This document shows, piece by piece, positions 23,301 through 35,300 of a DNA stretch of 64,000 nucleotides (its first letter is position 1; the number at the start of each line of letters is the position of its first letter). The notes beneath the pieces were generated by a model, which searched no databases, was not told the origin of the DNA, and saw only the letters and a list, made by a program, of their open reading frames with translations. The position numbers and the translations under genes were made by a program. The DNA comes from Octopus bimaculoides (taxonomy: Eukaryota): contig NC_068982.1 in the NCBI RefSeq assembly GCF_001194135.2, forward strand, positions 156,427 through 220,426, written 5' to 3'.

Positions 23301-26300
23301 AGGTAATAGAATCTCTTGCAACCACAATAAAAGCAAGTTTTCTTTCACAATTTTGACAATAATTCAACAAGGATTAACAGACATTCATCGATTAATAATT
23401 TTCCCATTTTAATAGCTTTTTCTTGTGAATTTCTTCAGTTATCTTTCCTTTTTTGGTTTTTTATTGTTGTTGCTCTGTTTATCTTTCCTAGATGCAGATA
23501 CGAATGTAGTTTCTAAAGTCCTTGGTTTGCTATTGAAAATGTCAAAGGATGTACGAAACCCTGTTGGAATGTTAAAGAAAATATCAAGAGACCTCCACAG
23601 TAAGCTTGGAGACATTGACAAGGTACGGTTAGCATAGAAATTCTTGTGTAACCCTGCTCAGTTTAACAGGAACAGTATGTTTGAAAGAGTGAAGTAGAAT
23701 GAAGCCAAGACAGAAATGTATGAGATTGCAGGGAAAGAAGAGTGAATGGATAGATTCCGAAGAGGAGTGAGGAATTGTAGTGTGTGTGTGTAAGAGAGAG
23801 AACGCGTATGTAACAGTGAAATAGAAGATGGTTCAAGGTAATAGAATTTGACATAAACATGTGTTTGTGTGTATAGAGACTGAGCGAAATAAAAATTGAG
23901 AGAGACTCCATGAAGGATGGACAGTCTCCATAGCCAAATTCTTCTAGACTGAGATAAACAATAACTGTGTGACGTTAGTAGTGTTCAGTGAAATTTTCAT
24001 TGCAGTTGAAGACTGATGTCAAAATGCTGAACCTTAGAAAGATGAGAGAGGACCACGATATGTGGTGAATTGCTGTACTGAAGAAGACCACCCATCACAA
24101 CAGAAGTGAAATCCTAAAACTAAGGTGTCACATAAAAAGTACTGTTGTGGGTGCTGGTATCCAGTACACTGTGTAGGGTGGTTAGGGTTAGAAAGGGTAT
24201 CCAGCCATAGAAACCAAGCCAAAACAGACTATGGGACCTGGTGTGGCCCCTGGGCTTGCCAGTTCCTGCTCACCTCATACCAGCATGGAAAACAGACATT
24301 AAATGTTAATGATGGGGAGGAGGCAGTGGAGTTGGGTGGTTCACGGAAAGATGAGAGCACATCTCTGACATTTCTTCTCCATTCAGATATCAGCTGACAA
24401 GGGCAAGAATATTTTCTGGTTATCTTGAAGAGAAGGGATATAGTCCTAGTATTTTTGTGAAGGGAGATCTGGATGATAATAGAGCCCGACATTTGTTTAG
24501 TATTGGTGTGGCATAACATGGATCTTTAAATGAGAACAATCTGGTCACTATTTATAAAGCTCCTAACACCAAGATGGTCTTTTATAAATAGTGACTAGAT
24601 TGTTTTCACCTGAAAATCTATGAATTTGTTAATAGTGTTTATTGTTAGTAATATAACTTTGCAATTTATTAGGTGAATGTTTAAGTAATGAAATCTATGA
24701 ACTTTTATTTCAATTTTGTAATCAAAGCTTGGAGTTTTTCTCTGATGTTTTATGAAATAACAAAAAATGGTGACATGGTATGAACATATGGTTGACTGAT
24801 AAATACTGAGAGGGAAGGCGGTTGTAATGCTGACCAAGGAAGGGGTCAGCATCGCAGATGAAGACTAAGGAAAAAAGGAGTGAGATCAAATTTGATGCTG
24901 GAGTATGCAGACAAATTGGCAAAAGATTATTACCATACTTCGGACTATCAACTGTTTTTTCTGTTTTATATAGAAATTCTTTCATCATTAAACAAAAAAA
25001 AAAAATACTAGATAAATCATGTAAATTATATTAATGTGAAAATATAACTCAACACACAGCTAATGCATTTTGGTAACAAACACAGAAGCTCGGCGGCGGG
25101 AGGGGGACATGTTTATATCTTATTGGGTGTCATTAGAGACATATAGTCAGACTTGCTAAGGGAGATAACTCAATTGGAACAATTACAGGAATTTAGATAA
25201 TTCAGGGGAAGTGAAGATGTATTGAATGTCATTTGCAAATTTTCAATGGCTTGTTTCTTTCTAGGAATACGAAGTTGAAGAACACAGCTACTATGGTACC
25301 ATTACTAGCCAAACTTCTAGTTCCGTGTTAAGTCTAGTTTTGGCTCATGTCTCAAATGGTCTTGATGAAATAAACTGGATTCTCCAGAAGATGAAAATGG
25401 AGTTGTATGGTAGCAAGGACGACACAGTTACAGGTGACACAGCTCACTACTTTATTAATGTGTGTGTGTGTGTGTGATGCACTTGAATCTGAAACAGAAG
25501 TTGCCTATAGTTAGAATTCAATAAGTTTTGTTGTTTCACTTGTCCCTCTGTCGCTTGTCCCTCTGTCACTTGTCCTTCTGTCACTTGTCCCTCTGTCACT
25601 TGTCCCTCTGTCACTTGTCCTTCTGTCACTTATCCCTCTGTCACTTGTCCCTCTGTCGCTTGTCTCTCTGTCGCTTGTCCCTCTGTCGCTTGTCCTTCTG
25701 TCGCTTGTCCCTCTGTCGCTTGTCCCTCTGTCGCTTGTCCCTCTGTCGCTTGTCCCTCTGTCGCTTGTCCTTCTGTCACTTATCCCTCTGTCACTTGTCC
25801 CTCTGTCGCTTGTCCTTCTGNNNNNNNNNNNNNNNNNNNNNNNNNNNNNNNNNNNNNNNNNNNNNNNNNNNNNNNNNNNNNNNNNNNNNNNNNNNNNNNN
25901 NNNNNNNNNNNNNNNNNNNNNCTCTGTCACTTGTCCCTCTGTCACTTGTCCCTCTGTCACTTGTCCTTCTGTTGCTTGTCCCTCTGTCGCTTGTCCCTCT
26001 GTCGCTTGTCCCTCTGTCGCTTGTCCTTCTGTCGCTTGTCCCTCTTTCACTTGTCCCTCTGTCATTTGTCCTTCTGTCACTTGTCCTTCTGTCACTCATC
26101 CCTCTATCATTTATCTCTCTTCCATCCATAGCAAGGCATAGGGATCATATCAGAGCTGTACATATCCCTTCCTCTCTACAACTACACCTGTTTCCAGTCA
26201 TTACCTTCTTCCCATCCTGGGCCACTTGTTATTGGCAGCCATCCCTTACTGCTTATCCACCCCTATTACTATCCCTCACCCTCTCCTTTCCCCTACTTCT

Positions 26301-29300
26301 TTCTACTGCCCTCTCATCACAGTTATTGTCGATGGGAGATCAAACCCCCTACACAATGTACACACACACACGCTACTCTTATACAGAATACACACACCTG
26401 CACACTCACATTTATCATTTAACATCCATGTTCCACGCAATTAAATGATAAGTGAGTGTACATGCGTGTTTGTGTACCCCTCGTACAGAGCAGAAAAGTG
26501 TTCAGACCGCATTCCTTGGTGAAGCGGATTGGCTTGCAAGAATCCAGTATCAATGCCACACAAATGCACTTGTGCCAATGGCATATTAGAAGCACTCAGT
26601 GCACACACTGTAAAGTGGTTGGCATTAGGAAGGGCATCCATCAGTAGAAACCAAACCAAATCAGACTGGAACCTGGTGCAGCCCTCCAGCTTGTCAGCTT
26701 TGGTCAAACCATCTAACCCATACCAGCATGGAAAACAGACGTTAAAGAATGATGATGACATGTGTATAGATATAAATACCTGGAACTACCCTGAACCAAA
26801 CATAACTGGCTTGTTTCTCTTTTTCAGCAAGTTGCCATTATTTTAAGGTACTTAGAACAAAAGGGTGAGAGATAAGAGAGAAAAATAGCCTTAATGCTTA
26901 AAATAGTTTGGTTGTTTCAAGTGTCGTCAAAACACCAATGAAAATCCTATTCTTTCTCGATTATGTTTAACCGTAAACTCTGGGTTCCTTGTTATTCAAT
27001 CAGCTACTTATGACTTTCCTATTAATGGAATACACTAACTATTTTCTAATATGTCTGATGCAGTGAAATTCATTAATTTCTCCTCACATTTTTAATTCTC
27101 TTATTTTTAGATTCCAGCAGCCAATTACCCAGTCACCATGAGGACATCTTGTCAGTGGTCTGTACACGACTGGCATCTCTTGTGGCTGCATTTCATGAAT
27201 TAGTTCAAACATCCATACCAAACTGGTCCAGTTGTGAACAGTTTATCAAGCAATTAACGAACCTCTACTCTACATTTTGCCAATACATTAAATATGTAAG
27301 TAGCTCGTATTTTCCTATGTCATATGGTGAATCTGATAAGCTGTTTCCATAAAAAGAGTGACATTGTTTCCATGTGATTCAGGCATGTCAGATGTGTTCT
27401 CAAGCTGTATCTCTGTATATTAGCACTGCAAGCCAATCTATGTATATTAGCACTGCAAGCCAATCTCTGTATATTAGCACTGCAAGCCAATCTCTGTATA
27501 GTAGCACTGCAAGCCAATCTATGTATATTAGCACTGCAAGCCAAGTAAAAGCTAATCAATTGTTTACAGTAACAAGTTGTCACTGACATTTAAGTGCTAT
27601 CAGATATTTCAGCTGTAGAAACTCTGCCAAATTAGACTGGAGCCTGGTGTTGCCATCCAGTTTCACCAGTCCTCAGTCAAATCGTCCAACCCATGCTAGC
27701 ATGGAAAGCGGACGTTAAACGATGATGATGATGATGATGATGATGAAAGGTTTTGCAATATTTTAGTGGCTCTTTTGCTTTATTACAAGAAAAGCGTTTG
27801 GTGCCATGCTGATACCAGTTCTTGTCTTTCAAGCGAAAGAACTCTTTCACTGAAGCTTCCACCTACTTTTGGTTGATGAAAGTGAGCCATGGATCAGACC
27901 AAGTAATAAACCAAGGGAGCTATGTCTGGATTATAGGCTGACTGCGGCATCAGTTCAATTTCCTTAAGCTCCCGCACTCATTTCAGCAGTATAAGGCCTT
28001 GCATTGTCTTGTTACATGAAGAGTTCCCTTTCTGTTTTTTTTTTTTTATCACACAATGGCATAAATTTGCTCCAGCTGTTCGGAGTATAGGTTGGCATTA
28101 ATGATTTCAACCATTTGAATGCAGTTCTCAAAGTGAATTATCCCTTCATCATTGCACTAGAGGCAGTGCATCTTCTTGTGTTCAAAACGTCCGTGTTTGG
28201 CATCAGGTTCCAATAGCTGACTACTTATGCATATTAGGATTGTGGAAAAAGATCTCCCTTGGATTATCACTTGTTCTGATCCATGACTCCTTATTGCACG
28301 TGCAACCCTTCATCATCCAAGAGGAGGCGGAAGCTTCAGTGAAGGAGTTCTTCACCTCAAAGGACAAGAACTGGTATCAGTGAGGGATCAAAGAACTGGC
28401 AGAAAGGTGACCTTAAATTGTGCAACACGGTGGCCCCTACTTCGAATTCTAGGCTGCTTTTATTGTAACTTGATGAATAAAATAAGTTAGCAAAATGTTG
28501 CAAAACTTTTGACTCGACACAATATTACAGAGTTCGTTGTCTTAGTTCTGGACACATTTTCAGTGATGAGATACAAACTGGGAAACTGTTGTCTGTGACT
28601 CTGTAAACTTAGCCACCATTTCCACTGTCTTCTAATACAATGGTTTTATGGAGTTTAGTTTTGGTTTATTCAACTGTGGGTTCAAATCCTATCAGGATTG
28701 ACTTACCTCCTTCTGGCAAGAAAGTACATTTAATAAATCACTCCCCAGTAATATACTAATTTTTATTCAATCAACCATATTTCTTGCCTCAAACTTGTGT
28801 TTAAGTAAAAAAAAAAAAAAGATCCAACCTCAGTCCTATGAAATATTGAACCAGATACCATAGAATATTTAAACAAGCCTCTTTCTTAATCTGTACCATT
28901 GCAACTGCCATTGTGGATATGTTTTTGTATGGGGTGGGGGTAATATTAATGTTGTGAGTGATCTTTATGACATGAAGATCTAGCTCTGTATAACCCTGGG
29001 TGTTGGCTGCAGTAGATGGAAACAGATAATGAAAACAATTTCCAAGGTTTTATGCAAGAGATTGGGCCATGATAGAGGTGGATAATGTGTAAGGTAACCT
29101 ATAATTCTCCTGGATTTATTCAAGGGATCAGGTTAAGTTGAGCAAAGGGACAATATGGTGTTCATTGTTACATAAAAACCATTCAGTTTATTGAAGTTTG
29201 TACTGATGTGTGTGTGTAGTTCATGATGGTCTCCTTACTTGGATGGGAGAAATAGCAGTTGCTGGTCAATGTTGTAATGGTGACAGACCAACATGAAATA

Positions 29301-32300
29301 GTTAATCTCTTGTCACCAGCATTGTGTGTGTGTGGCTAAGGCACTTAATTCGTCATGGCTCAGTTCACTTAACTGTAAATAAGTTCTGTAATTCACCGTT
29401 GCTCTTTGTGTTTTTATTGAAATTGTGACCACAGTCCAGTTGCTCCCACATTGGAACTTCTGTGCCTGCATGAATCCATTTGCCAACTGGTCCCTTGTGT
29501 CAGTGATTACAATTGATGGGCTCCCACTGACCAGTAACGAAGGTTGACTTCATTACTGCTTTCCCCTCCTTTAATATTCTTCATTTATTTGTGCACATTT
29601 GATCTTGTCAATGATATCATCACCTGTAGATCTTTGTGGATGTTTGACAGCCGGCATCCCTCCTTTGTCATGGAAAGTGGACGTTAAATGACAACGATGA
29701 TGATGATGCCATGTATCTTGGGCAAGTTCAGACCAAACCATGCCTTGTGAGTAAAGTTGCAAAGACAGAAACTATATAGAAAATGAATAAAGGATTCTTT
29801 TGATGATTTGGCAGACCTGGTTGAAGAGCAGAGATAAAAGTTGCTGTTGTATTTTCCAAGAGTAGTCTATGCATAAGTGTCTTATTGCATATCCTATCTA
29901 CTTTGATCACTTTATCAATTCCTCTGCTAAAAGGATGCCCACCCACCACCACCACCACACTATTACCTTCCTAGAAGATTTTGTGAGGAACCCGGCTATG
30001 GCTCTACTCCATCTTGCTTTTTGCAGCACACATCTGCATGCTTCTATTCTAGCATTTCAACAATCTCACCAGAGCAACCTTTCATTGTGCCAATGCTGAC
30101 TGTGACTGTTGTCCTAAAGTTGTGACCTTGATAGAAAGAGCAAGTAGGGAGCTGGGCATGATGGGGTGAGGGGGCAGCGGCTTCCAAGTTCTGGAAGAAA
30201 AAAGGCTTGTTGGAATGTTTGCCTGTGGGCAAGCTCCCTCTTACACATTACCAGATATACAAATATTACAGCCACAAACACAAACTTCAATCACTTACCT
30301 CATTTCAATGTGTTTTGCTGTGCTAAGTCTTCCCTAGCATTGTGTATTGCTAATTGAAAGTCTTTTGTCATCTCTCCCAAATGCAGCATCTGATGGAGGA
30401 GATGATAAAGGGTCATTTCTTGATTATTATATATATTAATATATTGTGCTAAAAGAATGGCTTTTTTGCTTCTGTTAACAGTATTTGCAGGCATACAACT
30501 TGAAAGTTGGCCATTTAACACAACTGACTGAGAAACTAGTAAAACTTATCGGAACTCAATTAACTCCTCAAGTCTATGTCTTTATAACTTACATTCAGGT
30601 CAGTATAATTCATTGAAATCACTTTTCTCTGTCATTTATTCTTACTTTTTATAACTAGTGTTGTGATCATTGTCATTGTTTTACATCTATTTGCACCATA
30701 CAGCTAGGATCTGGACAAATGTCTCACCAACTGTCCTGTCCCTTTGTCATGGTTTCTACATTCCCACTGGTTGGCATTAGGAAGGACATTCAGCCTTAGA
30801 AACCATACCAAAGCCGACAGTATAGCTAGGCACAGTCCTTTGTCAAGCCATCCAACCCATGCCAATATAGAAAACAGATGTTAGATGGTGCACACCCACA
30901 CAAATTCCTGGAACTACTTTGAACCAGATATTGTGTCTTATCACCAGCCTTTTTACAAACTGGATGCATTTAATTGTGCCACTAATAGCTTTTTCTCGGT
31001 TTTTATTTATTTATTCTTCCACAGATGTGCTGCCTCTGTTGCACAATGTTACATAATCCTTGTTCTTGTTCTCACACTTATACATATCTATACATCTCCT
31101 CATCTCTGCTTTGTATCCATTTTCTATGCTGGCATGGGATAGACAGATCATTACTGTTTTCGTAGAAGAATCAAGAGAACCAGATCTTGCTTAGAAGTTT
31201 CATTTTGGTTTGGTTTCCCCAGCTGCATGCACTTTCTAACACCAACCACTTTACAGAATGTACTAACTGTATTCATAACACCAGAAAAAAAGGCGTTTGT
31301 TGTGTTTCTAAGCAGACCAAAGGAGCCTTTCAACTAAACACATAACACAGTGCACCACTGTTTATCTCTTTGCAGCTCCTTTTAAGATTTCTAACCCTCT
31401 CTTCTAAATCTGAGCAGCCATGTAACCCCCTCTTTAAGAACCTGCTCTGTCTCCTTCTCATGTACTACTCCTTGTTGTCTAGCATAAAGCTGTCCTACCC
31501 CTTTCGATATTCATAGTTTTGTGAGCTGCATGGCAACCTCATTGGTGTTGGTGACACTGTAAAGTGGTTGGCATTAAGAAGAGCATCCAGCTATAGAAAC
31601 CATGCTAAAGCACTCTTTGGATCCATCAGATCCTGTCAAACCATTCAACCAGCCTGCAACATAGACATTAAACGATGAGGATATATATGTCATCATCATC
31701 ATCATCATTCAATGTCCATTTTCTGGATGGTTTGACTGGTGCTGGCAACCGCACGACTGCACCAGGCTCTGTTGTCGGTTTTGGTATGATTTCTATGGCT
31801 GGATGCCCTTCCTAATATCAACCACTCCACAGAGTGTACTGGGTGCTTTTCACATGGCACCAGCACTGGTGGGGTTCACCAAGTAACTTGCAAGAGAAAA
31901 AAAAACCCTTTAACTGGGGGGTGGGGTGTAGTATTGAGGGAGATGGCTTTGTGCCAGTTGATTGGTGAGAAGTTAAAAAGTATAATAGGATAGAAATTGG
32001 CATTTTGCTGCAGGGAAGGTAGATGTCTACCCCAGGTGAGAAGAGAAAAATGATGGTGGAGATGTATCAGGACATAACGTTGAAGTGCAGTGGGTGGGGT
32101 GAATATAAGTGAAGTGGTACAGAGTATTGACCAGGTTGAGTGGGCAAGGAAGATAGAGGAGGAGGAAGTTTCATAAGAGTGTGGGGAGAGATGGAGTAGA
32201 GTTGACTGTAGCTAGTGATGGTCAGCAATGTAGGAGTGGCTCAAGGGTGCCACGGTAGATATGTGAGGGCATTGCAAGTGATAGCAGACAAGAGAGGAAT

Positions 32301-35300
32301 TAAGGATGGAGTATAACAGCAGAGAGAGCAATCACTGAATGCTTTGTGTCTTCCTCTTCTACAAGTCTCATCCACTTCAAGCAATCAACACTTCCATATG
32401 CAACTGTCCCTGTCCCCATACATCACATGACCAAACCCTAACAGTCTTCATTCTTCCACACACCACATCTGATTCCTCTTATCCCTAATTTTTTCTCTCA
32501 ATACATTTGCACTTTGTTGTGCATGCATGCTAACATTGCACATCCAGTGGAGCCTAGAAGCTTCATTGCTCTCTAGTCTTCACACATGTCCTCTGCATTC
32601 AGGGCCCATATCTCATTACCATGTAGCATCTCTGTACGTACACAAGCATCATGCAATCTGCCTTTCACTTGGTGGGAGTAGGAGAGAGGCCTTTTGCTAA
32701 TAGTTCTTTGAATTTTCTCCATCTTATTCTAACAACTACACTTTCAGGACATCCTCCTCCGCTGCCAATTAACTCTTCTAACAGAAACTACCCATTACCT
32801 CTAAGGAGCCTCAATGGTATTTGAGAAAATCAATTTCTTGTGAAGCCTTAGACTTTATGGCAGCTCTGCATCGTCCACATACAAACGCTACATTCTGTGT
32901 TGACCCTCCAGTGTAAGCAATGGGCACACAAGGGGTGCAGTGGGATAACAGGAAGGTCAACATAGGAAGTGGCATGTGTGTGTGTGGAAGATGCACAGTT
33001 GCTATGAAGTCTAAGGTCACACAGAGGTAGTGAATAGTTTCTGTTACCTAAAAAAGTTAATTAGTAGTGGAGGAAGATGTTCTGAAAGTGTAGTTGCCAG
33101 AATAAATGATATCTGTTCTGTTATTACCTCACTTATTCTCACACACCCCCAATGTCCTTGAGGGGATTACCCTGACACATCATCACCTTTCTCTTTCTCT
33201 TCCAAGTCGGGTATCCATGTATATTACCCAACAGTGAAACCCCTACATCTGTCCCTGTACAAATCTTAAATATCTCAACTGGCACAAAGCTACACCCCCC
33301 TCAATACTACCCCACCTCCCAGTTGAGGGATTTTTATCGCTTGGTATTGATACCACATAAAAAGTACCTAGTACACTCTATAAAGTGGTTGGCATGTTAG
33401 GAAAGGCATCTCACTTTGTAGAAGCCAAGCCAAAACAGACTATGGAACCTGGTGTGGCTCACGGCTTTGCCAGTTCCTGTCAAACCATCCAACCCATGCC
33501 AGCATGGAAAACAGACGTTAAATGATGATGATGTATATATCTTTCAACTCCTGTAAAATATAAAATTTTAATTTTTTAGCGAGAAGTCAAAGGGACACGA
33601 AAAGGAAACGGCAAAGAGAAGAAGACTGCATCAAGTTCTTCAAGGCCCCTGGTAAGTTCCAGATTTTCTGTTGTTGCATCAACAAGGCAGCAATGTCAAT
33701 TTGATTCTGGTCTAATTTAAACTCGAGGGCCTCAGGGCCAAAACATTCCTATAATTTTACACATGAGGGGCTCAAAAGTGCTATTAGTGCTGCCTGCAAC
33801 CCCCAAATGGGTAATAACTTAAAGGTGACAAGGTTTTTCTTTTCTTTGGTTAAAGTCATGGTTAAAATGCGAAAACCAGGATCTTATGTAAACACTGAGA
33901 AAGCAAACTTTGTTGCTTCTACCTTCCTCCTCTGCCACCAGTTTTCAAAGCTCTTCATTGTGTAAGAAGTCACAGACTGCTAATAGTAGTAGTAGTAGTA
34001 GAATAGGGGCAGGCACTAACAGTGTGTCGCTGCATCCTAGCAGTGAGTGATTCCCTACTCTTAGCAGATGGCACCTTTGCGCCACTCGGGTGAGTAGTCT
34101 CCAACCCATGGGCCTTAATGCATGCAGAATTTCACAGCTCTAACATAGCCAGCCTCAGTATAATGTAACAATATTGGTTAAATCGACATGAGTAAAGATC
34201 AGCAAACTAAAATTGGCAGAAACAGTGGAGAAATGGATGTGTTAAGTTGATGGTTAAGTTGATGGTTAAGTTGATGGTTGACTGAGGAAGGGCAGAAGCT
34301 GGTGATGTCTCTTCAATGCTATTAGACATTGACCCAATCTAATTCTCTACTCATCTTTTAGTATATTGAGATTGATTTCTGTTTATTTTTAGGACTCTTC
34401 CATTGTGAAGCAGGGCAAAGTTATGCCAAAACTTATTTTTGCCATTGAAAACTATGAAAAATTCTTGGTCCAACTTGCAAAGAAATCCAAAGTAAGAAGT
34501 GTATTGTTTTTTTTTCTTTTCTTATTCAACATCACTAGATTTCCTGATAATTTTAAAGGTTGCTTTATTTAAAAAGAAAGATCTCAAGATATTAGCACCC
34601 TGTTTATTTTTCTTTCTATTTCTGTTACGGTTATCCCTTAAGAAAGTGCCTGGCACAGCAAGAACGTGCCCGGAGCAGCAATTATGTGCCTGGTGCCATA
34701 AGGACGTGCCTGGGGCCACAAGAATGTGCCCGGCACCACAAGTACGTGCTTGGCGCTGCAAGTACATGCTCGGCTCCGCAAAGACATGCACGCTACCGCA
34801 AGAACGTGCCCGGCGCCACAAGAATGTACCAGTTTCCTCAAGAAAGTGCCCGTTGCCGCAAGAACGAGTCCGTCGCCACAACAAAGTGCCCGATGTCGCA
34901 AGAACGTATTGGGCAACGCAAGCACATGCCCGGCGCTCGACATCGCAGCAACGTGGCCGGCACCGCAACAAGAACGTGCCCTGATCTGCAAGAATGTAGC
35001 TGGCGCCACAAGAGTGTCCGCAAAAACGTGTCTGGAACTGAAAGAATGTGATCAGGACCGCAACCACGTGCCCGGCGCTGCAAGTATGTGCCTGACGACA
35101 AAAGAACGAGCCCAGCGCCGCAAGAACATACCTGGTGCTGAAAGAATGTGCCTGGAGCCGCAAGAACGTGCCTGGAGCAGCAAGAACATGCCTGGCGCCG
35201 CAAGAGCGTGGCCAGGGCAGTAACTACATACCAGGGGTCGCAGATACGTTCCTGTGACCATGAGTACTTGCCCGGGGCCGTAACTACGTGACTGGGGCGG

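Noticed and set aside
25447-26448. TEGQV-, RTSDRG- and LSLC-repeat ORFs
   Set aside because: Translations of a 15-bp minisatellite across an N-gap, with no splice or homology support.
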